Of a DNA stretch of 64,000 nucleotides, positions 35,239 through 44,437 are shown piece after piece. The stretch is from an uncultured Planctomycetaceae bacterium (lineage in GTDB: Bacteria > Planctomycetota > Phycisphaerae > SM23-33). Position 1 is the first letter of the stretch; the number at the start of each line of letters is the position of its first letter. The position numbers and the translations under genes were made by a program. The stretch spans positions 47,222-111,221 of the forward strand of contig CAYRVX010000006.1 of assembly GCA_964427875.1 (NCBI GenBank), in the 5' to 3' direction. The notes under the pieces were generated by a model. The model searched no databases and had not been told where the DNA came from. It worked only from the letters and a program-made list of their open reading frames with translations.

Positions 35239-36258
35239 ATGACGCCGCGCGACCGCGTTCTGGAACAGATCCACCACCACGAGACGCATCCGGTGCCGTT
35301 TACGCTGGGCTTCGACGACGACGTGGCCCGCCGGCTCGACGGGCACTACGGCCACCCGCGATGGCGGGAGAAGCTCACGCCGTACATGGCCCACGTGGGG
35401 GCCGTGGACATGTGGCCCACCGAGGAGATCGGAGACGGGCGAATCCGGGACGTGTACGGCACGGTGTGGCGGGCCGACCGCCTGCCGTGGCACGTCGAGG
35501 CACCCGGCCTGGCGACGCCGTCGTTCGACGACTACGACCTCCCCGAGCCGCAGCGGTTCTTCCGCAGCGAGGAAGACCTAGCTGCCGCGCGAGAGACCTG
35601 CCGCCAAATGGCCGACAGCTTCCGGGTCGCCTGGCTCGGCTGGGGCCTCTTCGAGCGAAGCTGGACCATCCGCGGCTTCGAGAACGCCCTCACCGACGTC
35701 GTCGCCGAGCCGGACTTCTACGAAGAGCTGCTCGACAGGCTGACCGAACTGTACTCCGCCTTCGTGGCCGAGACCGTCAAGCTGCCGGTCGACGCGATCA
35801 TGTTCGGCGACGACTGGGGCGATCAGCGCGGCGTGATCATCGGCCCGGACCGCTGGCGGAAGCTCCTCAAGCCGCGATGGGCCCGCCTCTACGAGCAGGT
35901 CCACGCGGCCGGCAAGCTCGTCGTCAGCCACTGCTGCGGAAACGTCACGGACATCATGCCGGACATCATCGAGATCGGCCTGGACGTGCTGGAGAGCTGC
36001 CAGCCCGAGGCCATGGACGTCTACGAGCTGAAGGCCAGCTACGGCCCGGAGATCACGTTCTGGGGCGGCCTGGGCAGCCAGCGGATCATCCCGTTCGCCG
36101 CGCCGGGGGAGATTCACCGGGAGGTCCGCCGGTTGTGCGGCGAGATGGGCCGCGGCGGCGGCTACATCCTCGCCCCCGCCAAGGCCCTCCGGATCGAGAC
36201 CCCCACCGAGAACGCCGTCGCCGTCCTCGAGGCGCTCACCAAGCAAGGAGTCGGGTGA
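35239..36258 (+). CDS. uroporphyrinogen-decarboxylase (URO-D) family protein
   Basis: DAIMFGDDWGDQRG..., SHCCGNV..., WGGLGSQR..., GGGYILAPA. This is a URO-D/MtaA-like TIM-barrel pattern; the substrate is unknown. Confidence 0.7.
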   Translation: MTPRDRVLEQIHHHETHPVPFTLGFDDDVARRLDGHYGHPRWREKLTPYMAHVGAVDMWPTEEIGDGRIRDVYGTVWRADRLPWHVEAPGLATPSFDDYDLPEPQRFFRSEEDLAAARETCRQMADSFRVAWLGWGLFERSWTIRGFENALTDVVAEPDFYEELLDRLTELYSAFVAETVKLPVDAIMFGDDWGDQRGVIIGPDRWRKLLKPRWARLYEQVHAAGKLVVSHCCGNVTDIMPDIIEIGLDVLESCQPEAMDVYELKASYGPEITFWGGLGSQRIIPFAAPGEIHREVRRLCGEMGRGGGYILAPAKALRIETPTENAVAVLEALTKQGVG

Positions 36259-36397
36259 GGGGGGCGAACACGAAGTCAACGACCGAAGCCTCCCCGGGCG
36301 AGCCGAAGCATATCCGCATTACGCTCTGTGAGAGGGGACCCATCGATTCGCTCGATCCGTCCGTGACATCGACTTCCATGACAGCGCCTGCCTGCGG

Positions 36398-37357
36398 CTA
36401 CAAGGGGACTCTCCGGAAGCTCAGCACGAGCCATTCCCTTGCCCGGGGGTCTGTGAGTTTCTTGCGCAGCCGATCGACCATCCTCTCCGGCTCGGCCAGA
36501 TACAGGGCGAGGAATGCATCGGCGGCTTGCTCGGGCGTCATTCCATGGGCTCTCCGGTCGCGGAACGACCCGAAGTAACCATTCATTTTCCTGCGCAGGA
36601 CGATGTCGCCCTCGAACAGCCACATCGAAAGCTCGTTGCGGCGTTCCTCCGGCGTCTGCGTAAGCGCCAGGTCCTCGGGGAGGACCTGAACGAACAGCGT
36701 GGAGAACGTCTTGGCGCGGATCACGGACGCGCAGACGACGTGCCCGTCCGGGCGAGGTTCCCGATGGAGGTTCGGTCCCGCGGCTGTCGCTCGCTCGAAC
36801 AATCGCTTCACGGCGGCGTCATCCAGCCCCCGGAGCGTTTCCGACCAGCGCCAGCGGGGCTCGCCTGCCTCGAAGCCAATGACTGCCGCGTTGTCGAGAC
36901 CGATCGCACCTGCCAGCGAGGCGGCCCTGCAAGCCGCCATGACCTGGCTGACCCTTGCCCTGCGGGAAAGCCTGCGCAACGTCGGCGCGTCCACTGGCGT
37001 AGAGGTGAGGACCTCTCGGACGCGATCCACCGGAAGCAGGAGCTCGGCAGCCAACTTGTTGGCCTCTGTCTCGTCATCCGATTCCGCTCGGTAGGCACCG
37101 CTTCGGGAACCGACAATGTGGCCTGTGGTGCCCAGGATTATGTGCGAGATCTCGTGGGCCAGAGTGAACCTTTGCCTGCCCCCGGAGTTGGCCGTGTTGA
37201 GCCTGATGATGGCGAAGGAACGGCAGCGTACACACCAACCGTCGCATCCCTCTAACTGCTGTTCCCTTACCGATATGCCGAGGTGTTCTGCGAGATACTC
37301 CGGCCCCCTGGGGAAGTGGGCCTCGCAAAGCGCGATCGCCTTGGCCCTTCGGATCAT
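36398..37357 (-). CDS. ImmA/IrrE-family (COG2856-like) zinc metallopeptidase fused to an about 190-aa C-terminal domain of unknown function
   Basis: FTLAHEISHIIL (HExxH) followed by ETEANKLAAELLLP. The ATG overlaps the stop of the upstream small ORF (ATGA). Confidence 0.75.
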   Translation of the reverse strand: MIRRAKAIALCEAHFPRGPEYLAEHLGISVREQQLEGCDGWCVRCRSFAIIRLNTANSGGRQRFTLAHEISHIILGTTGHIVGSRSGAYRAESDDETEANKLAAELLLPVDRVREVLTSTPVDAPTLRRLSRRARVSQVMAACRAASLAGAIGLDNAAVIGFEAGEPRWRWSETLRGLDDAAVKRLFERATAAGPNLHREPRPDGHVVCASVIRAKTFSTLFVQVLPEDLALTQTPEERRNELSMWLFEGDIVLRRKMNGYFGSFRDRRAHGMTPEQAADAFLALYLAEPERMVDRLRKKLTDPRAREWLVLSFRRVPL

Positions 37358-37635
37358 AGTGTGCTGCGTCTTAGCGGCTTGATTCCCAGGGCCTCTCGCA
37401 TGTCCTGAAGCAGGGCGAGCTTCGTTTCTCCGCTCATCGAGTTGAGGTCCCTGTCCCTGAACTCAAGTTGAAGGTCTGGGTGGAGAGCCTTAAGTGCAGC
37501 GATTTCTCTGGCAAGCTCGTCTCCCGACTGACAGAGCGTGCCGTTCTGGCGCGCACCGTTATCAGGCCACCCGGTTCCCGCGGGCGGCAGCGAATCTTCT
37601 CGCGCCGGATCTGATGTCTCTGCATGCCGAGTCAT
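37354..37635 (-). CDS. hypothetical 93-aa protein (middle gene of the GNAT-X-ImmA operon)
   Basis: MTRHAETSDPARED... Disordered N-terminal half and helical C-terminal half. ATGA overlaps at both ends. No recognisable HTH. Confidence 0.5.
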   Translation of the reverse strand: MTRHAETSDPAREDSLPPAGTGWPDNGARQNGTLCQSGDELAREIAALKALHPDLQLEFRDRDLNSMSGETKLALLQDMREALGIKPLRRSTL

Positions 37636-38231
37636 TTTATGAGTCCTTCTCGTATGAGCCAATCCTTGGCGTTATCGGCACTCAACGCCATAGAGATTGT
37701 ACCATCCTCTTTGCGGCCTGCCATCACAAATCCTCTGACCCCGTAGAATCGGAGAGTCCGATCCGTCGAGATGGCGTCAAGGGCTGTCACTCCATCGAGC
37801 CCCAACAGATAGCTATGTGCTACGGCGTAAAGGAGCAGCTTCGTGCCTGTTCCGCGATACTCAGGCTGTTGGAACAGCCAAGCCCGATTCCATGGGGCTG
37901 TGGCGATCCTTCCGATGTGGACAAGGCTCCCTCCGCCCTCTTTGCCTGTTGTCACCGTGTAGGCCATTGCCCCCTGAATTCGCCGATCGCCTGTCTCCAA
38001 CCCAACGCACCAGCCGCCCCTCACCGCATACCTGTCGGCAATGGCGCTCCACTGCCAATGCTCGTCGTCCTCTTTCTGTTGCCTGCGGCCGACCCTTCGG
38101 TTCAGTTCCGGCCACCACACGGCGTCGATCTCGGCTGCAACGGTGGGGCGGGTGAGTCTCACGAACGCCGCCTCGATCTCTTCGCCTGTGCTGCATTGGG
38201 TGAGAACTGCTTTGTCAGGCAGGCCGATCAT
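37632..38231 (-). CDS. GNAT-family N-acetyltransferase-like protein
   Basis: ...IGRIATAPWNR...YRGTGTKLLLYAVAHS (R/Q-x-x-G-x-G/A acetyl-CoA loop)...RFYGVRGF. 199 aa. Confidence 0.65.
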   Translation of the reverse strand: MIGLPDKAVLTQCSTGEEIEAAFVRLTRPTVAAEIDAVWWPELNRRVGRRQQKEDDEHWQWSAIADRYAVRGGWCVGLETGDRRIQGAMAYTVTTGKEGGGSLVHIGRIATAPWNRAWLFQQPEYRGTGTKLLLYAVAHSYLLGLDGVTALDAISTDRTLRFYGVRGFVMAGRKEDGTISMALSADNAKDWLIREGLIK

Positions 38232-38263
38232 GCAGTGCCCCAGAGGGGTTGACGTTGACGCGT

Positions 38264-38292
38264 GTTGTAAGAGGCGGGCATTGGCAAGTCAA
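38264..38292 (-). promoter_or_regulatory. candidate promoter of the GNAT-X-ImmA operon, followed by a GTCAAC tandem repeat
   Basis: On the minus strand: TTGACT (38292-38287), a 17-nt spacer, TACAAC (38269-38264). GTCAACGTCAAC (complement of 38248-38259) lies between the -10 and the ATG at 38231. Confidence 0.35.
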
Positions 38293-38441
38293 GCGTTCGG
38301 TCCGCGAAGACGTGGGGCTTGGCGGGTCGCGGGATGTGCGGTCCGGCCCGTGGGGGGCAGCGAAAGGCGTTGTGCGCCCCGGCGGGATCACGTAGCATCG
38401 CCCCCTGCAGTTTCGGATGCCCTCAGCCGGAGAACCTGCCC

Positions 38442-39728
38442 ATGCCAGGACGATCGAAGCACTACGACGAGCTGCGGGAGTTCTGCGAGGGCACGCCGAT
38501 CGTGGACTGCCACGATCACAGCGGCGAGTGCGGGCCGAAGTATGAAGACCCGATCCACGTCGTCCGCGGCGGGTACTTCCACAGCGACCTGTACAGCGCG
38601 CTGTCCGACGCGGAGAACGAGAAGCTCGCCGATTCGAGCCTGTCACTGGAGCAGCGCTGGCCGATCCTCGAGAAGGCCTGGAAGCGGACGTGCCACACCG
38701 GCTATGCCATGGTCACCCGGATGGTGCTCAAGAAGTGCTACGGCGTCGAGGAGCTCTCGCTGGATGCGCTGAAGTCGATGGAAGGCCGGCTGACCGACCT
38801 GACCGACGAGGAGGTCTTCGACGGCCTGCTCGAGGAGGCGAAGATCGTCGCGCGCCTGGGCGACGTCTGGCCGGACGTCCGGAAGGTGCTCGACGGCACG
38901 CTCAAGCTCGCCCCGCGCACGCGACTGGTGATCAGCCTGCCGGGCTATCACAACGTCCGCAGCCACGCCGACGTGCAGGACCGCGTTGCCCCGCTCGGGC
39001 GGACGGTGACCACGCTCGACGAGTACGCCGCCGCCTGCCGCGAGATCTTCGAGGCCCACAAGCGCTTCGGGGCCGTGGCGTTCAAGGACCAGTCGGCGTA
39101 CTCCCGGCCGATCGACTACGGCAATCCGACCCGCGCCGAGGCCGAGGCGGTGTTTAACTGGTTCATGGAGGACCCGACGCGCAGCGCCTCGTACCCCGAC
39201 GGCGTCCGGCCGCTGGACGACTGGCTGTTCCACCAGTTCCTCCGCATGGCGGCCCAGATGGATCTGCCCGTGCAGGTCCACACGGGGCACATGGCGGGCA
39301 TTCGCAACGAGATCAGCAAGACCAACGCCGTCGGCCTGACGAACGTGATCGCCCTGCACCGCGACGTTCGGTTCGACCTGTTCCACGCGAACTGGCCTTA
39401 CGGCGACGAGCTGATGTTCCTGGGCAAGAACTACCCGAACGTGGCGATCGACTTCTGCTGGACGAACATCATCGACCCGGTCTACTGCCGGCGGCTCTTC
39501 CAGCAGGCGCTCAGCGCCGTGCCGCACGGGAAGGTTCACGCCTACGGTTCGGACTTCGGCGGCCACGCCGACCGCGCCTGGGCCCACGCGTCGATCGCGC
39601 GGGACAACGTCGCCGTCGCGCTCTCGGAGATGATCGACGTGGAATACCTCGGCATGGACGAGGCGAAGGCCGTCGCGCGGGCGTGGCTGTTCGAGAACCC
39701 CAACGAGTTCTTCCGCCTGGGATTGTGA
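38442..39728 (+). CDS. amidohydrolase-superfamily (TIM-barrel metal hydrolase) protein
   Basis: IVDCHDH..., VQVHTGH..., FHANWPY..., GSDFGG: metal-ligand His/Asp pattern. The ATG at 38442 was chosen over the longer ORF. Confidence 0.7.
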   Translation: MPGRSKHYDELREFCEGTPIVDCHDHSGECGPKYEDPIHVVRGGYFHSDLYSALSDAENEKLADSSLSLEQRWPILEKAWKRTCHTGYAMVTRMVLKKCYGVEELSLDALKSMEGRLTDLTDEEVFDGLLEEAKIVARLGDVWPDVRKVLDGTLKLAPRTRLVISLPGYHNVRSHADVQDRVAPLGRTVTTLDEYAAACREIFEAHKRFGAVAFKDQSAYSRPIDYGNPTRAEAEAVFNWFMEDPTRSASYPDGVRPLDDWLFHQFLRMAAQMDLPVQVHTGHMAGIRNEISKTNAVGLTNVIALHRDVRFDLFHANWPYGDELMFLGKNYPNVAIDFCWTNIIDPVYCRRLFQQALSAVPHGKVHAYGSDFGGHADRAWAHASIARDNVAVALSEMIDVEYLGMDEAKAVARAWLFENPNEFFRLGL

Positions 39729-40624
39729 GGAGAGCCATCGTGCGCGGTTTCCGGTATGACACGTCCGGCGAGTGGTACAAGGGCAACGTTCACATTCACA
39801 GCACGGCCAGCGACGGGGGCAAGACGCTCGCCGAGATCGCCGGGATGTACGCCTCCGCCGGCTACGATTTCCTCTGCTGCACGGACCATTGGGTCGCGTC
39901 GGACATCGCGGCCGGGGGGCAGGATCACCCGCTGCTCTGGCTGGACGGCATCGAGCTGGACGGCCGGGACGACGCCGGGTCGTCGTATCACGTGGTTTGC
40001 CTGGGGCGATTGGAGGGCATCACTCGCGAGATGGGCTTCGCGGCCGCCCTGGCCGCCGCCCGGGCGCAGGGCGCCCTGCTGATCCTCGCCCACCCGCACT
40101 GGTGCGGCAACAGCCTTCAAGACGCCCTGCGACACGGCTTCGACGGCGTGGAGATCTACAACCACGTCTGCCGGTGGCTCAACGGCAAGGGCGACGGCGG
40201 CGTGTACTGGACGGCCATGCTCGACCGCTCGCCCGACACGCTCGCCTTCGCCGTCGATGACGCGCACCTCAAGCCGGAACACCCCGGCTGGAACGGCGGG
40301 TGGATCGCCGTCAACGCCCCCGCCCGAACGCGAGCGGACATCGAAGCCGCCATTCGCTCGGGGAACTTCTACTCGACCTGCGGGCCGGAGTTTCACTCCA
40401 TCGCCCTCGACGGCGACACCGTGAAGGTCACCACCTCGCCGGCGGCCTTCGTTCGCCTCGTCGGGCCAGGCTGGCTCGGACAGCGGATCGGCTCCTTCGA
40501 CGGCGAGCCGGCCACCGAGGCGGCTTTCGAGATTCCCCCGGACTGGCCCTGGGCGTACATCGAGCTGGAGGACGCCCGCGGCCGGCGGGCATGGACCAAC
40601 CCGCTGCTGGCACAGGCACGGTGA
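39725..40624 (+). CDS. PHP-like/CehA-McbA-type metallohydrolase (start 39725 or 39740)
   Basis: GNVHIHSTASDGG...CCTDHW...ILAHPHW.... Confidence 0.65.
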   Translation: MRRAIVRGFRYDTSGEWYKGNVHIHSTASDGGKTLAEIAGMYASAGYDFLCCTDHWVASDIAAGGQDHPLLWLDGIELDGRDDAGSSYHVVCLGRLEGITREMGFAAALAAARAQGALLILAHPHWCGNSLQDALRHGFDGVEIYNHVCRWLNGKGDGGVYWTAMLDRSPDTLAFAVDDAHLKPEHPGWNGGWIAVNAPARTRADIEAAIRSGNFYSTCGPEFHSIALDGDTVKVTTSPAAFVRLVGPGWLGQRIGSFDGEPATEAAFEIPPDWPWAYIELEDARGRRAWTNPLLAQAR

Positions 40625-40652
40625 CCGAACCGCCCCAGGGCGACAAGATTTA

Positions 40653-40781
40653 GTGGCACGGGCGTCCCGCCCGTGCGCCTGCCTGCCGCAGGCAGGTCGC
40701 AGGGCCGTCCCGGCCCTGCACTTCCGGTCGACTCCACGACCGAGACGGTCGTGGGACGCACGGGCAAGATGCCCGTGCCAC
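40653..40781. repeat. 129-bp nested palindromic (REP/BIME- or MITE-like) element
   Basis: Five consecutive 7-9-bp stem hairpins (40656-40676, 40678-40696, 40699-40719, 40734-40754, 40758-40778), bracketed by the inverted ends GTGGCACGGG (40653-40662) and CCCGTGCCAC (40772-40781). Confidence 0.7.
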
Positions 40782-40923
40782 CGTGGGTGCCGCCAGAATC
40801 GGCAGTCACACACAACCTCCCCAGGACGACCTTGTTTTCGTGACAGGGCGCCGGTTTCGATCTACAGTGAACGGGCACCATGCACGCACGGCGGTGCCGG
40901 AGCTCAAAGGAAGGAAGCGCGGG

Positions 40924-41850
40924 ATGGAAGGCCGTTTCGCACAGCTCACATTGGCGTGGCTGCTGTTGTGGCCGCTGCTGGGGACGGGGTGCCGGGAGAC
41001 GGCGCCCCCGCGGCCGGACCCGTCAACGAAGCCGGCCACCAAGCCCTCGGCGGGCGGCGGCTCGGCCCGGGACCGGGTGCCTGGTCGGCCCCCGCGGCGG
41101 GCCTACCGCGCCGTGCACGTGTTCGTCGCGCTCTGCGACAACGTGCACCAGGGCGTCGCGCCGGTGCCGAAGGCGCTCGGCAACGGGCAGGACCCGAAAA
41201 GCAACCTGTACTGGGGCGCGATGTACGGGGTGAAGACGTTCTTTCAGCAGAGCGGGCACTGGCGGCGGATCCCGCCCGGCGAGGTCGCGGTGGCGCGGGA
41301 CGACGGCCGGGCGATCCTCGACACGGCCGTGTTCCAGTCGGCCGCACCCGGCGCGAAGGTCTACGTCCTGGCGGAGGCGTTCGACGGGGCGAAGATGGAC
41401 GCGGCGCTTCGGGACTTCCTCGATGCGGCGGCGGGTCGGCTCAGCCGCGCCGTCGTCTGGGGCTCCGGGCCCGAGCGGGTCGTCGTCCTCGCCGGCGGGG
41501 CGGCGGACATGGTCTGCTTCGTCGGGCACAACGGGCTGATGGACGGCAAGCCGGAGCACCTCCCGAGCAGGGCACCCGGGGCGGACCCGTCCTGCGCGGT
41601 CGTCCTGGCGTGTAAGAGCCGGGAGCACTTCACCGAGCCGCTGCGCCGGGCCGCCTGCCCGCCGCTGATCACCACGACCGGGCTGATGGCACCCGAGGCG
41701 TACACGCTCGAGGCCGTCGTGCGAAGCTGGGCCGCCGGCGAGGCCACGACGACGATCCACCTCCGCGCCGCGGAGGCCTACGCGAAATACCAGAAATGCT
41801 CCCTGCCGGCCGCGAAGCGGCTGTTCGCCGTCGGGGGGGAAGCGCGTTGA
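40924..41850 (+). CDS. hypothetical lipoprotein
   Basis: MEGRFAQLTLAWLLLWPLLGTGC lipobox. Protein-like composition thereafter. No family recognised. Confidence 0.6.
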   Translation: MEGRFAQLTLAWLLLWPLLGTGCRETAPPRPDPSTKPATKPSAGGGSARDRVPGRPPRRAYRAVHVFVALCDNVHQGVAPVPKALGNGQDPKSNLYWGAMYGVKTFFQQSGHWRRIPPGEVAVARDDGRAILDTAVFQSAAPGAKVYVLAEAFDGAKMDAALRDFLDAAAGRLSRAVVWGSGPERVVVLAGGAADMVCFVGHNGLMDGKPEHLPSRAPGADPSCAVVLACKSREHFTEPLRRAACPPLITTTGLMAPEAYTLEAVVRSWAAGEATTTIHLRAAEAYAKYQKCSLPAAKRLFAVGGEAR

Positions 41851-41936
41851 GTGATTGGGAGGAACGCGGCCGGCAAGCCGGCCCGCTAAACGGCAAGCCT
41901 ATGTCGAGCGGGCGCCTGGCGGCCGCGGCGGGCAGG

Positions 41937-42926
41937 TCAGGCGCCCAGGGCGGACTGCTCTTTGGCGATGCGGTCCAGGAAGGCGTGGCGTTGGGGGTCC
42001 GGTTGGTAGGCGTCGGCGCGTCGGCGGTAGTGCTCGGCCGCCCGGCGCATGGCCTCGTCCAGGCCGACCTTGCACTCGAAGCGCCCCGCGACGGACATCA
42101 CCTTCGTGTTGTCGAACAGGACCGACCAGGTCTTGTCGCCCAGCAGCGGCCCGGCCCATTCGGCGTTGTACTGAACGAGCGTCTCGGTGGGCACGTGGAC
42201 GATCCGCGGCTCGGCCCCGATCGCCCGCCCGGCGGCGGCGAAGATCTCGTTCCACGTGAACGACTCCATGTGACGCGTGATGTGAAACGCCTCGCCGAGG
42301 GCCCGCCCGTTGCCGAGCAGGTCGCAGAAGCACGCCGCGAAGTCGCTGCTGTGCGTCAGCGTCCAGAGGCCCGTGCCGTCGCCGTGGACGATGATCGGCC
42401 GGCCGTTGAGCATTCGCCAGGCCCAGTCGTCGCCGCGCCCGATGCCGCCGGGAAAGCGCGTCCGGAGCGTGTGGCTGGGGCGGACGACCGTCACCGCCAG
42501 CCTGCCCGCCGCGTGCTCCCCCATCAGGTACGCCTCCATCTCGGCCTTCGTGCGGCTGTACTGCCAGTAGGGGTTCTCCAGCGGCGTTTCCTCGGTGACC
42601 ACGTAGTGCCTCGGCGGCTTCTGGTACGCCGAGGCCGTCGAGATGAACACGTACTGCCCGCAGTTGCCCGCGAAGACCTCCACGTCCCGCCGGACCGTCG
42701 CGAGGTCGTACGCGAGGAACTGGCAGACGACGTCCCAGGTCTCCCTGCCCAGCTCGGCGTAGGCCGCGTCGTCGGCCAGGTCGCCGGTGATCCGCCGCAC
42801 GCCGTCGGGCAGCGGCTCGGGGTTCCGCCCGCGGTTGAAGACCGTCACGTCCCGCCCGAGCCGGGCATCGCGCCTCACGCACTCGTACGAGATCTCGCCC
42901 GTCCCGCCAACGTAAAGCACCTTCAT
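41937..42926 (-). CDS. NAD-dependent epimerase/dehydratase (extended SDR) family protein
   Basis: MKVLYVGGTGEIS (GxxGxxG)...STASAY...YSRTK (YxxxK). Confidence 0.8.
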   Translation of the reverse strand: MKVLYVGGTGEISYECVRRDARLGRDVTVFNRGRNPEPLPDGVRRITGDLADDAAYAELGRETWDVVCQFLAYDLATVRRDVEVFAGNCGQYVFISTASAYQKPPRHYVVTEETPLENPYWQYSRTKAEMEAYLMGEHAAGRLAVTVVRPSHTLRTRFPGGIGRGDDWAWRMLNGRPIIVHGDGTGLWTLTHSSDFAACFCDLLGNGRALGEAFHITRHMESFTWNEIFAAAGRAIGAEPRIVHVPTETLVQYNAEWAGPLLGDKTWSVLFDNTKVMSVAGRFECKVGLDEAMRRAAEHYRRRADAYQPDPQRHAFLDRIAKEQSALGA

Positions 42927-42930
42927 CCTG

Positions 42931-44304
42931 TCAGCCTCCTGTCCTCACATCTCTGATCGCCTGGGCGACCCTCTTGTCCGCCAGCTCGTTGACGTAGAAC
43001 TCGATCCACGTGTACCCGCGGTGGCGGTCGCCCTTGGATGCGCCGGGCGGGACGACTGCCGAGGCGTCGGCCGGGTCCTCGGGGTCGAGCTTGTGGGCAC
43101 GTTCCCACTTGTCCGGCATGCCGTCGCCGTCGGTGTCCCTCGGCGCGCTCGGCGGCAGTTCGGGACCTTTCAGTCCGCCGGCGGGCTCGTGGCGGCCCCA
43201 CCGGCCCGTGCCGCCGCGGACCTCCTCGACCATCCGCCGGCTGACGGCGTCGCGGGGCAGGCAGCCGGCCCGGGCGAGGACTACCTCGTAGGCCTCCTTC
43301 GCGCCGTGCGTCTTGACCGGCGGGGCGGGCCAGGGCCGCCCGGCCAGCGGCTTCGACGTCGATTCGGCCACCCCGCCCAGCCACGTGCAGACGTTGCCCG
43401 CCGCGTGCAGCGCCGCGTTCTGCCGGTGATAGAAGAGCTTATCGAGCGTCCGGCCCCGCACGTGTCGGCGGACGTCCGGGCCGTCCTTGAAGTAGTTGGC
43501 GATCAGGTTCACGCGGAACGGCCCGCCGACAGAGCGGCGGTTCATGCTCAGCGGGTGCATCGTGAACGGCAGGAGGTAGTTGTAGATCACGTTGTTGCGG
43601 TGGTCCACTACGTCGCAGCCGATCAGCGGGGCTCGCTTGGAGTGATGGGCGAAGAGGTTGTGATGGATCGTCACGCTGCCCGTCGGCGTGTACCCGATGA
43701 TCATGCCGTAGTTGTGCCGCCCCTTCGTGTGCCCCACCGTGTCGGACTCCTCGATCGCGCACCACTGAACCGTCATGTTGCTCGAGCCGCAGAGGTCCAT
43801 GTTCTCGTCGGAGCCCCACGAGCAGGAGACGTGATCGATGATGAGCGAGTCGGTGTTGGTGATCTGGAGGCAGTCGCCTCCCGCCCAGCGCCGCGTGGCC
43901 CGGGGCGGGCGGGACCGGATGAAGCGGATGACGACGTTGCGGACCGGCGGCTGAATGCGGTACCGCGTTCGCAGCATCCCCTCGATCGTGATCCCCTCGC
44001 CCGGCGCGGTCTGCCCGGCGACGGTCAGGCCGCCCTCGGTGATGGTGACGTGCCCGCGGATGACGCCGCTGACGTCGAAGACGACGATTCGCGGCCCCTT
44101 TGCCTGGCACGCGGCCTGAAGGCTGCCCGCCCCGGACGTCTTCAGGTTGGTGACCTTGATGACGCGTCCGCCGCGCCCGCCGGTGGCGGCGGCCCCGAAC
44201 CCCTCGGCGCCCGGGAAGGCCGGGACCTTCTCCTCCCGGCCCGCTGTCTCCAAGCCGACCGTCGCGAGCGCCACCGTCAGACACACCGCCGCCGCAGAAT
44301 GCAT
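42931..44304 (-). CDS. secreted pectate-lyase-like right-handed beta-helix protein with C-terminal calcium-binding (DxDxDG) repeat
   Basis: Signal peptide. FPGAEGFGAAATGGRGGRVIKVTNL (typical PL1-like N-terminus). DTDGDGMPDKWE near the C-terminus. Confidence 0.7.
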   Translation of the reverse strand: MHSAAAVCLTVALATVGLETAGREEKVPAFPGAEGFGAAATGGRGGRVIKVTNLKTSGAGSLQAACQAKGPRIVVFDVSGVIRGHVTITEGGLTVAGQTAPGEGITIEGMLRTRYRIQPPVRNVVIRFIRSRPPRATRRWAGGDCLQITNTDSLIIDHVSCSWGSDENMDLCGSSNMTVQWCAIEESDTVGHTKGRHNYGMIIGYTPTGSVTIHHNLFAHHSKRAPLIGCDVVDHRNNVIYNYLLPFTMHPLSMNRRSVGGPFRVNLIANYFKDGPDVRRHVRGRTLDKLFYHRQNAALHAAGNVCTWLGGVAESTSKPLAGRPWPAPPVKTHGAKEAYEVVLARAGCLPRDAVSRRMVEEVRGGTGRWGRHEPAGGLKGPELPPSAPRDTDGDGMPDKWERAHKLDPEDPADASAVVPPGASKGDRHRGYTWIEFYVNELADKRVAQAIRDVRTGG

Positions 44305-44437
44305 GTCAGTTCCTCAGCGGGGAATGGTATCGGAAGGTCCGCCGCAACACAAACCAAGCCGATTGCCTTTGATCGCCCGCCGGCCGCGGGGCATTGGTAG
44401 GACCGCATGACACGAGACTCACGAAAAGCGCACGGAA

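Noticed and set aside
38248-38259. TTGACGTTGACG read as + strand -35 boxes for the amidohydrolase gene.
   Set aside because: No matching -10 lies at 16-18 nt on the + strand. The repeat is better placed as a possible operator downstream of the minus-strand promoter of the GNAT operon.
40653-40781. Possible CRISPR array or tRNA in the hairpin-dense intergenic regions (40.65 kb and 44.9-45.3 kb).
   Set aside because: The repeats are inverted rather than direct, are not regularly spaced with unique spacers, and lack tRNA cloverleaf features such as a GTTCRANYC T-loop. They fit REP/MITE-like palindromes better.
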